DNA of 64,000 bases, taken from NCBI GenBank assembly GCA_951406725.2, contig OX597831.1:45756001-45820000 (forward strand), given 5' to 3'. How positions within the stretch are numbered: position 1 is the first letter of the stretch; each line of letters starts with the position of its first letter. Source of the DNA: Octopus vulgaris. Its lineage: Eukaryota. The notes below the pieces were generated by a model. That model ran no database searches, was not told where the DNA came from, and saw only the letters and a list, made by a program, of their open reading frames with translations. Shown in pieces: positions 39,301 to 50,765 of the stretch. The position numbers and the translations under genes were made by a program.

Positions 39301-39420
39301 TCAGATGCTCCCACGCCCACCCGATCGAAACGTTCGTCTATGACAGCATTCCAATCCCCTACTAGCAGTAAAGTACCCAGGAATACCTCCAGACGCTTGG
39401 AATAATCCGACTGCCCTTCC
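36340..39420 (-). mobile_element. Tx1/L1-like LINE ORF2 relic
   Basis: SYLDRV, SDH, YWKLN (APE); SPGLDGLP, FRPTTLLNVELKILAK, LDQSKAFDRVDH, YADD (RT); C-terminal H.L..CP. Confidence 0.92.
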
Positions 39421-41399
39421 CTTGTTGGCTTGAAGCAAACTTGATTATTGTTTAGTCCTACATCAGCCCAGATCAGACACCTACGAAAGGAGTTTATGTA
39501 GTGGCACTATCCCCTCTGGAAGCACAGTATCTGTTTAAAACTGGGGAATATGATCTGAGACAGATTTGGCCTATACTTCCAGCAGGGTGAACGACTGTGC
39601 TGAAGTTTTTTTGTTGAACAGCCTATGTACGTTGACGTCATTTTATTTGTAAGGCGGACACAGCAGAAGACACTTTATTCCTTATAAGGTGCGGTCTGAG
39701 GTGTGAGTTACTTACGGAGAATGTGCTAAATGGTGAAGGAGCGATTTGGTAAAAAAAAATTCTTATAACGATAGAGAAAGGCTTACTTTGTAGGAAAAGC
39801 CCAATCATTAATCGGTCTTTTCGCATTAATAAGGTATTCAATCTATATATTGACCGGTGTTTTAAAACGTGTTATTTGAGGAAATTTGGTTGCTATCTTT
39901 AGCAATTCGAGTAATCACGTGGAGGCTTCTCCTTTGTACTATTCATTACTTAGCTTACTGTAAATATTCTTTTTTATCAAAATGTCAAGATAATGCGTCA
40001 ACCGTTTCAATTATACAAATAATTCAAAAAAAAAGTTCGGTTCACAAATTGTTCATTTACGTCTAAGTCTCAAGCTAGATCACTCTCTGTCGTCAAACAA
40101 CCTTCAGTGACCACCAATATAGATTATATAATTCCAGAACTACCCAGATAACTGGTATCGAAATATCCTCATGTCTAATTTATTTCTTTATTGCCCACAG
40201 GCGGCTAACCATAGAGAGGACAAACAAGGACAGACAAAGGGATTAAGTTAATTACAACGACCTCAGTGCGTAACTGGTACTTATTTAATTGACCCCCGAA
40301 AGAATGAAAAGCAAGGTCCAACTCGACGAAATTTGAACTCAGAACGTAACGGCAGACGAAATACCAATTTCTTTATTACCCACAGGTGTCTACACGAAGA
40401 ATGGGACAAAACAACTGATTGGGGTCAGTAATACGTTATGATATTACATAAATATGAATCTAAGAATTGCATAAAATATATGTGGAAGCACTCCGTCGGT
40501 TACGACGACGAGGGTTCTGGTTGATCCGAATCAACGGAACAGCCTGCTCGTGAAATTAACGTGTAAGTGGCTGAGCACTCCACAGACACGTGTACCCTTA
40601 ACGTAGTTCTCGGGGATATTCAGCGTGACAAGGCCGGCCCTTTGAAATACAGGTACAACAGAAACAGGAAGTAAGAGTGAGAGAAAGTTGTGGTGAAAGA
40701 GTACAGCAGGGATCACCACTATCCCCTGCCGGATCCTCGTGGAGGTTTAGGTGTTTTCGCTCAATAAACACTCACAACGCCCGGTCTGGGAATCAAGAAT
40801 CGAATGAAATACATAATACAAATATGACACAAATGTAGCGATGATCAGGCCACGATCCGACCCCATAAGCCCCGATCTATCGCTGGTGCTTCTTTCATCT
40901 CTTGTTTTTTCTTCTATAGCCTATTCACATGGTTCCTTGCACGCACAGCACTCGTGCAACATGCCTCCATCTTTTTTTGAACACAATCTCCGACAGGCAT
41001 CTCTTCTCCAGCCACACTTGCCTTTTCAAGTGAAAAGTAAAAACGATCTTAACTATTCTGCCAGCTCGCGGCCCACCTTCAAGTTTAATTGCTCCGGCCT
41101 TTCTACATCGAAAGAAACCTTAAGAAAGTAGACCGCTTACATTCCACCCTCCTCACCCGATATACTCAGATTAATCTAGAAAATGTGCTAGCCAGCACTT
41201 GCCGTAATTGGTTAATTAAATTTAAATGAAATCTTCCTTTAATATTTTAATTCTACCGTAAAGTACGATACAAAATTTTTAAAAAAGTGTTGAACTAAAT
41301 ATATACGTCAAATTTAACCACTCCACGTTTCTGATTTTCTAGAGAACCTACATCAACCTACATTGCAGACGATTTTGCTCCGCTTCATGCACTTGCTTG

Positions 41400-41860
41400 G
41401 TGAAACTGGAGGTCATTCCAGGTTAGTGATCCCAGAGACATCATCGTACGTAGAGCCAACCAGGTCTACCAGTGCTCTCCATCGCTGGTGGTCTCGTGGC
41501 AGCCCTTGTGCATCCTCCAAGGTGACGTTGAGACTACAAAGATCTACCCCAATCACGTCCAGTCATTTGTGCGGGGCCAGCCACGAGGCCTCTCCCAGTC
41601 CGCAGTTGTTACGTCGAATGAGAGTAAAGCCCTTGTAGAATGATCTGGCGGGAGGCAGGACACTTCCGTACCAGCGCATGCGACGTATCGCTATGTGAAC
41701 TGCAAGTTCATGTGTGCGTGTACGCAGTTCTTTAGAGAGGAGATGGAACCATCAGATGTTCTCAGGGTTCTGCAATCAGAGCCGTCGTCTTTGAGAAAGG
41801 TCACGTTTCTGCTCTATAGAGAAGAATGGAGATGACCGATGCGTAGCTTCGTCGTCCGAG
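41400..41860 (-). mobile_element. 3' fragment of an RTE-like LINE
   Basis: Decayed W.RPRG.PR and RWRALV motifs on the minus strand. Confidence 0.55.
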
Positions 41861-43899
41861 ATAGAGCAGTTGGATTTTATTAATAGTTTAAAAATCACAA
41901 AAAGGGCAGTATTCATTACACTGAACACGTCTTGTCAAAATAAAGCCCAAGTCGACGTTTTGGTGCAAGTGGTACGTAATTTGTCAATACCGAGGAGTAG
42001 AATGAAAACAAATAGCGAGTTAGTCTGTAGACCATTGCTATTTGATTGGGTGGAGCTCTAGGACGGTTATGTGTACAGTTGCTGTATGCGTTCCCCAGAC
42101 TAGTGTTAGAGTCAGCTGAAGTAGGTTTCTTCAGTTGAGAGACTGTTTTAATATACAGTTTGTTATGAAAAAAGTTCTGCGACATGATAAAATGAGGCCT
42201 AGATTGTGTTAATACGTGGTTTCAATGTGGTATACAAGACCAGAGGGGTGAGAAAGGATTTTAATAGTACGCGGTGATTGTGCGTTAAGAAACTAGGTTG
42301 TGTCTGCATTGGAAAACGATCTCGAAATTTGTTCATAGAGGGCAATACAGTGTCTAGATTGCACGCGGAATGAGCGCAGAGTGATGTGAAAGTAAGACTG
42401 CGAGGCAAGTTTAAGTGTCTAACAGGAAAAATTGTGTTCTGTGATCTAATCATTAGACGGTAAGTGACGCGATATATAACAAACTGCCTGTATGAAAAGT
42501 TACAAGTCGAAACTACTCGTTTTAGCTCAAATATTTGAATCAATGATTGCGTTTCACGTGGAAAACTTTAATACTTAATTAGCCTAAAACCAGACACGAG
42601 AACTTCGATCTGCATGCTGCTCTTACATAGTGTACAGGATGCGCGTTATAAAGATTTCACCAAGTTTGACTTATCTGAAATTTACATTCCACTCATGCTT
42701 TCAGATCATTTACTTAGCATATGAAGTGATTTGTATTAATAATTTTAAATTCTATTAGGTGGAATTGGATCTATAAGCAATCTCTATACGTGCTGCTAGA
42801 AAAGCGTGTCACTACAGTTCCTAAAATTAGATGAGTTACCAGCGATGGAAATAGGTTCACTACTCCAAGGAAATTGTCTTGGCAAATTATATAGGATACA
42901 GGATAAGTGAAAAAAGATTTCCTCAAATATTTTGCATTTGGTTAGGCAGTGTTAATATTCCAAAAATTTAAGACTAGATTCACTATTATAAAAATAGCAA
43001 ACTTTAAAAGTATGAATTTTTTTTTTGAAAGATTTGCACATCAAAATTAGTGTAGAATTGGCTGACATTCATTGACCGCTTGAAGACCGCTCGGTATAGA
43101 CTCGTTAGAGCGTTGGGAAATTTTTCCTTGCTATGTTTCTAACAGATCTTTACGTTCCTAGTTAAAACGCTAGTCAACTTCGCCTTTCACGATTAAAAAC
43201 GTACAGGAGGTGTGGGAGGAGGTCGATGGTATCTACTTACCCTCCCTTAAAACTGATGGCCTTGTACCTAAATTAGAAACCATCTTTTTTATTACTTCAG
43301 TTATTGGGCTGTGTGGTCAGACTAGGATGCAGCTTCGAGTTTCAGTGGAACAAATCGACCCGTTTTTTTTTTGTTTTTTTTTTATCTGGGATTTATTGCA
43401 TTAGTCATTGGCCGAACCGACAAGTTACGGGGACGTAAACAAACCAACACAAGATGTCATGGTGGTGGGGTCGGTCAAACGACGGGCTTCAAGTTTTCGT
43501 CTAAATCAACTAAGGAATTGCTCGGCCCGGGCCAACGACTGACACTTTCCCGAGGTGATGCGCTGTGAGACTAAGCCCAAAACCATACGATTGCAAAGCG
43601 AGTTTCTTAACCATAGCTGCACCATGGAAACACTATAGTATTTGTATCAGCGATACCAGTACTGATTTAAGTAAATCCTAAGCACAGATTCAGTTATTTC
43701 AAAATTTAGAAGTTCAATGATTTGATATAATCGAAAGACTTGATGTCCTGAAAGTTTGAACAGTCGACGTAAAGAAACAAAAATTTGAAAACCCCGAAAC
43801 GAAGTTATACAAAGCAAGATTAAAATTTCCGAAGTAAAACTATTAGTGGAGCATTTTAGTGTACGTAAACCGAACAGAAAATGCAAATTTCATAAATGT

Positions 43900-43949
43900 C
43901 AACTACAAAAAAAAAAAGACAAACGCCAATTAAGTTTCATGACTTTATT
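43900..43949 (-). terminator. Polyadenylation signal AATAAA plus downstream GU/U-rich element for CPEB1
   Basis: Minus strand reads AATAAAGTCATGAAACTTAATTGGCGTTTGTCTTTTTTTTTTTGTAG. Confidence 0.55.
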
Positions 43950-44564
43950 CAGAAAGTTTGTAATGAATACAATAGTGGAAATATTAGTAACAAAAAGATC
44001 CTTACAGTAAAGCGACATTTACCTGAACTAACAGCAAACCAAAATGAGTTAAAAATTACCAGCTTAAAATTTTCTTTCGTATCTAGTAAAATTCTTTTAC
44101 GACAGTCGACAAGCCTCGAATAACCGACCTGTGACCTGCCATAAAAATATCTGCAGTTATATTGGAATGAGACATGCTGGTAAAACTAACAAGTAAAATT
44201 TTTTTTTTCTTTTTTAAAATAAAGCTAGTTAAAGAACACCAGGGAGAGTTAGTTAGAAATTTTAAAACGATCGAACACAAAAATAAAACTAAGTGAAAAA
44301 TAAAACACTGGAAATGACAAAGTTTTTTCAGGTTTGTGATAAAGCATTTCTCAATATTCCAAACAAAACAATACCCTCACTGAGCGTAATCTCGAGAATC
44401 CATTGGGCTTTTAAATTAACCGAAGTTATTAACTGCTTCAAAATTCCTCAACAGAAAATTATGAATCAACGACCAGTTAAAAAGCTGCATTTTAATGCAG
44501 TTTATACTTGGAATTCCGAAAAGTCACTTTGCTTCAATGTGGTTCTTTGGAATTCCAGAAATCA
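43925..44564 (-). other. CPEB1: Putative non-coding terminal exon (3'UTR) of CPEB1
   Basis: GTAAGT donor 5 nt after the stop (44652), TTTTTTGTTTTGCAG acceptor (44567-44565), AATAAA at 43949-43944 followed by a U-rich tract. Confidence 0.62.
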
Positions 44565-44657
44565 CTGCAAAACAAAAAAGATGTTTTCATTACGTAATTC
44601 CAAAAATAGAACGACACACACACACACACACACACTGACAGTTGGAACTTACCAAGG

Positions 44658-44849
44658 TCAGATACCATTCCCCGATTTGCTGTTTCTTGTGAGTGGCTTA
44701 TGGTGAAGTAAGTATTCTGAATTGTGCTGTAAATACCAACATTTACGACAGAAGTAACGAAAGCACTGCAGATCACGACAGAAAAACGGCCCCGTTTGAT
44801 TCATACAGATAGTACAAGGAGAGTCTTCGAGATATGGATCTATTTGAAC
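44658..44849 (-). CDS. CPEB1: CPEB1 last coding exon, ZZ zinc finger ([15 protein letters not shown]...[19 protein letters not shown].....[15 protein letters not shown])
   Basis: C6H2 ZZ-type zinc ligands intact; TGA at 44660-44658. Confidence 0.97.
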   Translation of the reverse strand, partial: VQIDPYLEDSPCTICMNQTGPFFCRDLQCFRYFCRKCWYLQHNSEYLLHHKPLTRNSKSGNGI

Positions 44850-44946
44850 CTATAATATATAAATGATTTCAATTATTTAGAGAAAATCATTTTCGATAAT
44901 CAAAGATTTTTTTTTAAGTTAAAAAAAAAAAAAAAAAAAAATTTAC

Positions 44947-45041
44947 CTTTTTGACAAATTTAGGAGTTTTAATTTCCACAAATGCTGCTTGGACAGCTTT
45001 CATGAAACTTCTGCGGGTACTAAATGTCACGCGTCCTGATC
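44947..45041 (-). CDS. CPEB1: CPEB1 coding exon 10 ([32 protein letters not shown])
   Basis: RRM2 C-terminal motif; TTTCTCAAG acceptor and GTAAAT donor. Confidence 0.97.
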
Positions 45042-46331
45042 CTTGAGAAAAAACAAAATTATCAAATTAAGAATTACTTCAAAATCTATTGTATTCAAAC
45101 GTATGTATTCGTACATATGCATTCGTATTGAATTAGAAACAAATTCATACAAGTTGATATATTTTAAATGATTGCTTATTGTCCTAGTCCATTACACTTG
45201 GTTCAAGCAAATCCAATTCACAATATTTTAGGCTGCGTGGAAAGAAATTTGCTTCCCAACCACATGGTTCCGAGCTCAGTCCCACTGCATGGCACCTTGG
45301 GCAAGTGTTTACTATAGCCTCTGGCCGACTAAACCCTCATGAGGGGATTTAGTAGACGGAAACTGAAAGAAGCTCGTATTATGTAGGTGAGTGCGACCAC
45401 TGCTTGACAACCGGTGTGTTTACGCCTCTAACTTAACGGTTCTGCAGAAGAAGAGAATAAGTATTGGGGTATATTCGTTTGATTAAATTTCTTCGAGGCG
45501 GTGCCCCAGCATGATCGCCATCTGAGTGAAACAAAAAGAGACATTAACTTGGTCGATGCAGATTATTACTAGTTTCCTCACACTCGAGCAATAGACAAGT
45601 CTAATGTAGCCGTTAAGTTTAGCTCCGGTCAAGTAGGACTGATCAAAACGTTCCAGATGAGAGTGACGTGTCTGTTGCTTCAAGACGTAAGTCTTGGAGC
45701 AGCAGACGCTTGTAAGAAAAAAAGCTTGAGATTTGGCTCCTATTTCCAGCAGATCAAGTTAATATAGCGCTGAAGAGCCCTTACCACGCGAATACACTTC
45801 CACCTGCATTAAAATTTGAAGCTACTTTCTGATGAAGTCTTACAACTGAGGAAATGTTTAAGGTTTTATGCGGTTAATCATTAAAGATTCGTTTTTCTCA
45901 GCGTACATTCTGCCCACGGCATTTTCTTACGCACTGGCAATCACCCCCGATACAAAAAAAAAAACGGCTTTCTATCCTTGGCCTAGGTTTCTCGTTACCT
46001 CTGATCATGTGCATGTTGAGCTAATAACAGCATAATATCGTCCGAAAACCACTAATATTAAAGCAATAACTAAACTGTATGGTAATGAGGGACGTATATT
46101 TATAAAATTAAAGATGTGTTGCAAACTTCTGCATCAATAATCAAAGGAGTAACAACCAATCTGCCACTAGTTCAATCACGATTTAAAATTGGGGAATCTT
46201 AAGTCACTACAGAAAATTAACATTTTGATTTTAAAAATTTGTTGAGACAAATTGGTATTTGTCGCAGATACCTTTTGTTACAATATATATACCGCGATGG
46301 TTCCTATGAAAATATTTGAGCATAAGCTTAC

Positions 46332-46530
46332 CTATGGGGTATTTGTGCTTATCCGTATCAATACCAGCATATACCACATTTTCAAACAAATCGCTCATGA
46401 TATTCGAAAGAGCTTCGGCTGTCAACATCCCATGTAGCGCCCCAACGAACACTGTCTTGGTAGAGTCCAGTCTTTGTGATGGTTGCTTTACAAAATTACT
46501 ATCGCTCAGCACCCACGGTATCACTTGAAC
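46332..46530 (-). CDS. CPEB1: CPEB1 coding exon 9 ([13 protein letters not shown]...[11 protein letters not shown]...[12 protein letters not shown])
   Basis: Near-invariant CPEB1 RRM2 sequence in ORF 46231..46524; TAG acceptor and GTAAGC donor. Confidence 0.98.
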
Positions 46531-47416
46531 CTATAATAAAAATTGATAATTTTGGGTAGGACGGTGGATCTAAGCACACAAAGCTATAAATAGCATGTAA
46601 ATATATAGTTGAAAATCCCTTTTGGCTAGAAAAGGGAGTGGAAGGCTTCGTGGCACAGGAAGCTACATCTATCCAATAAGATGTCGACACGAGATGTAGG
46701 TTCGAGTTCCATGATAAGCCTACTTTTCAAGAATGTTTTTTTCAACCCAGTATTTACATATTTAAGGCGGCGAGCTGACAGAATTGTCAGCGGTATTTCG
46801 TCAGTTCAAATGCAGTCGGGGGTCGACATTGCCTTTCATCCTTTCGGAATTGATGAAATAATTACTAATTGAACTTTGAAGTCGATGTAATGGACTTCTT
46901 CCCAATCCTGGTACCAAAATTTGAAACCAATATTTATATGCTCTTTATATTATGCGCGCTGCGAGATCCACCTTTCCGAAAACAATTTACTCTCGAAAGT
47001 AAATTGTTTTTACGTCAAGGGAGAATGTGTTTGCACACAAACAAAATTGGTTAAAATTAGGTGTACAGCTGGCGGAATTACTGAGGATTTCGAACAGGCC
47101 AAAGGGTATTACTTAAATACAGAGATCCCAACACATCTACGTAACCCTAAAACAAGTGTGCACTGTAACATCGTTACGTCGATGCATCGAGACCTGTAAG
47201 TAGTTCCGGCCAAAGTATCATACCGACTAGTTGAGAAAAGAATGCTTAAGTAGATGCATAACTATCGTCTCTACTCTGTATTTTGGATTAATGTTCGTTT
47301 AGTTTCTAAACATTTTTAAAGTAAAAAAAAAAAATCCTTTGCCACAAGTGATGGTCTGCTTAGGCAAACAAAGAACAAAAACCTCGTTAAGAGTATAAAT
47401 TATTTTGCTATTAAAT

Positions 47417-47614
47417 GAAAGTTACACTTACAGAAAAGTTACACTTACAGAAAGTTACACTTACAGAAAGTTACACTTACAGAAAGTTACACTTACAGAA
47501 AGTTACACTTACAGAAAGTTACACTTACAGAAAGTTACTTACAGAAAGTTACACTTACAGAAAGTTACACTTACAGAAAGTTACACTTACAGAAAGTTAC
47601 ACTTACAGAAAGTT
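47417..47614. repeat. 16-bp minisatellite (GAAAGTTACACTTACA) x about 12 in CPEB1 intron 8
   Basis: Near-perfect tandem copies read directly. Confidence 0.95.
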
Positions 47615-47661
47615 TAAATTATGTCACTTATCAAATTTTGAAAAGTTCGCAAATAAGTTAC

Positions 47662-47789
47662 CTCTTTTGATCGAATTCTTCTACTAGAAATCTTATAATA
47701 ATACTCGTTGCCGTTGGAGTAATCTTGGGTGCATGCTTGCAGTAAACTGCGAATCGATTTCTCGGTTTCGTATAACAAGTAGACGTAGC
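47662..47789 (-). CDS. CPEB1: CPEB1 coding exon 8 ([43 protein letters not shown])
   Basis: RRM1 RNP1 GYVYL, SLLQAC and KISSRR motifs; TTTTAG acceptor and GTAACT donor. Confidence 0.97.
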
Positions 47790-47900
47790 CTAAAATACAA
47801 ATGGCGTCATCTTATAGGTAATCTGAAGCAATAAAATACAGTCGCAGAAACTAGTTTTCGCTAATTGCAAAACAATGGAGCTAAAGTTTAGTTAACTCAC

Positions 47901-47963
47901 CGTCTTTGCCGGGCCATTCAATTTTCATTCCACCAAACTTGTTAAATGTAGCTTGGAGGCCGG
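47901..47963 (-). CDS. CPEB1: CPEB1 coding exon 7 (AGLQATFNKFGGMKIEWPGKD)
   Basis: RRM1 EWPGKD motif; TTCTAG acceptor and GTGAGT donor. Confidence 0.97.
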
Positions 47964-48063
47964 CTAGAATGAGAAAATTCAGGACCGTTTACATAAAATT
48001 TACTTTGTTTTTAAACTAAAAAAAAAAAAAAAAAAATACGGCAATAAAACTTAAACTGATTAC

Positions 48064-48177
48064 CTTCAGTAATATCCCATGGTACACCACCCAAAAATAC
48101 TTTACAGGAATAGGAAGGACTTTTATTATTTCTAGGTGGTAGTTGACCTCTCCAGGTGCAGCTGGCTTCACAGACTG
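48064..48177 (-). CDS. CPEB1: CPEB1 coding exon 6 ([38 protein letters not shown])
   Basis: Diagnostic CTWxGQLPPR and [16 protein letters not shown] (start of RRM1); AG/GT boundaries. Confidence 0.97.
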
Positions 48178-48292
48178 CTATGTAAAAAAAAGAAAATTCA
48201 TCTCGATTCAGAAGGATTTTTTTTTTGGGGGGGGGGGGATTTTACAATAATTTTTCGGGGATATTTTGCTTCAATGATACTGAGTGACTAAC

Positions 48293-48518
48293 CTGCAGCA
48301 TTTTTATGTAGTTTGGCCGCCCGATCAACGGCGAGTGGGTCTGGTCTGTAATACAAAGGATTCACAGCCCATCTTCTGTCGGTCAAAATGTCCATAGATG
48401 TCGAAGGTAAGAGGGCTGTCGTATTTGCAACAGCCGAAGATACTGCTACCTGGCTAGGATGAGGGAATGGCAAGGTGTCGGCTTCATATTGGTTATTAGA
48501 GCCAATATTAAGAGAGTT
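48293..48518 (-). CDS. CPEB1: CPEB1 coding exon 5 (NSLNIGS...DPLAVDRAAKLHKNAA)
   Basis: TTTTTCAG acceptor and GTTAGT donor; DP..VDRAAKLH.NAA is the conserved pre-RRM CPEB1 motif. Confidence 0.92.
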
Positions 48519-48614
48519 CTGAAAAATTTTAGCCAAAATGTCATTCGTCTAGCAATAGTGATCCATTCTATCTGCTTGAAAAATACGATAAAATCTAAAT
48601 ATATTGGTATTTAC

Positions 48615-48783
48615 CATTAATTCAACCAGTGTGGAAGTGTCAATGCTATCAGGGTAGAGCGACTTCTCGTAGTCAGAACGTATCGGTTGTAAAAGAGATT
48701 TGGGGCTTTGGTTATAGAAAATCCCCTCCACTGGAGACCGGCATTCAGAGAAAGGGCTTAAAGACGAAAGCGAGTTATAGTCG
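48615..48783 (-). CDS. CPEB1: CPEB1 coding exon 4 (SDYNSLSSLSPFSECRSPVEGIF...DSIDTSTLVELM)
   Basis: TTTATTTCAG acceptor and GTAAAT donor; 169 nt; overlaps ORF 48549..48731. Confidence 0.85.
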
Positions 48784-48879
48784 CTGAAATAAAATTTAAA
48801 AAAAACACAAAAATATAGAGAGTATTAAGCCTATTGATGGGTTGTACGATAACTTTGGAAGTTAAAATATAAGAGTAAC

Positions 48880-48937
48880 CTGGAAGAATTGTGTGGCGAA
48901 TCTGCACGCATGCTTTGGTATCGTTCTGGTGTAAAAT
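48880..48937 (-). CDS. CPEB1: CPEB1 coding exon 3 (YFTPERYQSMRADSPHNSS)
   Basis: TTACAG acceptor and GT donor; 58 nt, phase 1->2, compatible with both neighbours. Confidence 0.83.
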
Positions 48938-49031
48938 CTGTAAGAAATTTCAAAAGGTTGTGTTAGTTTTCAGTTTCATTAAAAAAACAATATGAATAAA
49001 AGTTAATAAAATCGACAAGAAAAAAATTTAC

Positions 49032-49133
49032 ACGAAGTGCTGCTGCCTGACTGCGAAGTACTAAACGGATAATACGTGTTTGAAGGACTTGAAGGAGAGA
49101 CTCTTGATGAGAAAGAGTAAGGGTCGGCAGAAT
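49032..49133 (-). CDS. CPEB1: CPEB1 coding exon 2 (DSADPYSFSSRVSPSSPSNTYYPFSTSQSGSSTS)
   Basis: TTTTCAG acceptor and GTAAAT donor; 102 nt, phase 1-1, open frame, S/P-rich. Confidence 0.85.
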
Positions 49134-49223
49134 CTGAAAATATAAAGACCACGTCTGTTGAGTTTTACGCGATTTGAAAAAAAAATTTTTTTTTTTTTTC
49201 GCAACAACAACTTGAAATAATAC

Positions 49224-49350
49224 CTCGAAATTGTTCTGTTGGCATCGTACCAGAAGTTAGGGTCGTTAAATCTAAAGTATTGTCCAATAAAGAGTTGATT
49301 CTCTTCATTATTTCGTAATTACAGCCGTTATTGAAATTGTCTGGGTCCAT
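49224..49350 (-). CDS. CPEB1: CPEB1/Orb-like coding exon 1 (MDPDNFNNGCNYEIMKRINSLLDNTLDLTTLTSGTMPTEQFR)
   Basis: ATG in AAAACATGG context with an in-frame upstream TAA. IMKRINSLLDNTLDL resembles the CPEB1 N-terminal IFRRINAILDNSLDF motif. GT donor at 49223; CAG acceptor of this exon at 49392-49390. Confidence 0.88.
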
Positions 49351-49869
49351 GTTTTGGTTTGTTTATTTTATGTTAACACTTGGAGTTGTCTGCAATTAAA
49401 CAGAGATAAAAAAAGAAAGTTAGTCCCAAAGAAAAGAAAAACAAATTTTAATAAGTGATTTCAAAGATGTCGACATAAACGAGATTACTCCATTGTTGTA
49501 AAAGTATAAGCTACTCTTTTTATGTATTTTAAAATGCCAAAATTCATTATCTAAGCAAGAGAAATATTTACAGTAAATTCTGCCCGCAAATAAAACCAGT
49601 CCTGTTGTTTTCACTGTTGTCCACCACTCTTGAATTTTTTTTTATTGTGATTTCTCATTACAAATTTATTTATTATTATAAGACAGTGAGATTCGAGCTA
49701 ATTTGCATAAACTACATGCTTTGCAAAACTGTTTCATATACTTCGCAGCTTGCTTAGTGATAGGCTGTTATTTGTAGCACAGCAGCCCTGAACATCTGAA
49801 ACCGTTTTAGCAATGGCTGTTGCAATAATACTGTTATAGTTTCGAATCGAATTACTGCCCGAGATACTG

Positions 49870-49906
<37 letters not shown>

Positions 49907-50765
49907 CAGGTGGACACACAGGCCCTATATTCTGAGAAGCCAAATGTTTGTTTGTTTTTTCCTATGTTACAGATATAAAACCCTTTACCTTTCGGCAATA
50001 GTGATGGTTTCACTTAAATTCGAAACAGATTTCTGGGGTTCAGTGTGGAAAAGGCAACATTTTTTTACGCTTTGCAATCATCTGGTTTCGAGTCCACTCC
50101 CACTGCGTGGCACCTTCGACAAGTATCTCCTAGCGTAACAAAGGGGTGCGGTAAAGGGGTCCGCTTTGGGCGGCACTTTTCATCCTGTTGTAGGTTATTG
50201 CTGTAGGCAATATGTGTCTTTTGTGGGGTCCGTGGGCGACAAACAGAAGGGCCGCCCCGGGCAGCACACACTCTAGCTTCGCTTGTGGCTTTAGCCGTCG
50301 GTTGACCAAAGCCTTGTTAGTGAATTTCGAATGATTTCAAAAATTATCTTGAAATTATAAACAGAAACAAATGGTAGATTTGGACTGTCCGTACTGTAAA
50401 ACTATGATAAAAATCAATCATAGTTTTAATGATTGATTACAAAATTTCTACTTTTTTAAGCCCCTTCTCCCCTCCTCTCCCCCCTCCCTCACTTCATCGT
50501 ACTCTTCCGTCTCTTACGCAGCTGGCCGTGACTTTTTAATTTTGACCTTTTACAAACATTCTTTCAGAAGTGTTTTAAACATCGGGGATGTCTATCGCAC
50601 AAAAATACCTACACAACCCTCCTCTGTTTCGGAAGATGTATCAAGCTGTAACTTGTCAAGATGTATGGTTTAAGGTTTTAGGGTTATATTTTAGGGGTAT
50701 GGTTTAAGGTTAAATAAAAAAAAAAAAATGGGCGAAACTTTTTCGTCCATTACGCTGGGCGAAAG

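Noticed and set aside
45825-45863. CUGAUGA...GAAAU hammerhead-like text in a CPEB1 intron
   Set aside because: Stem II pairs poorly and it is antisense to the gene; a decayed or chance match.
47417-47614. CRISPR-like array
   Set aside because: Contiguous tandem repeat with no unique spacers or cas genes, in a eukaryotic intron.
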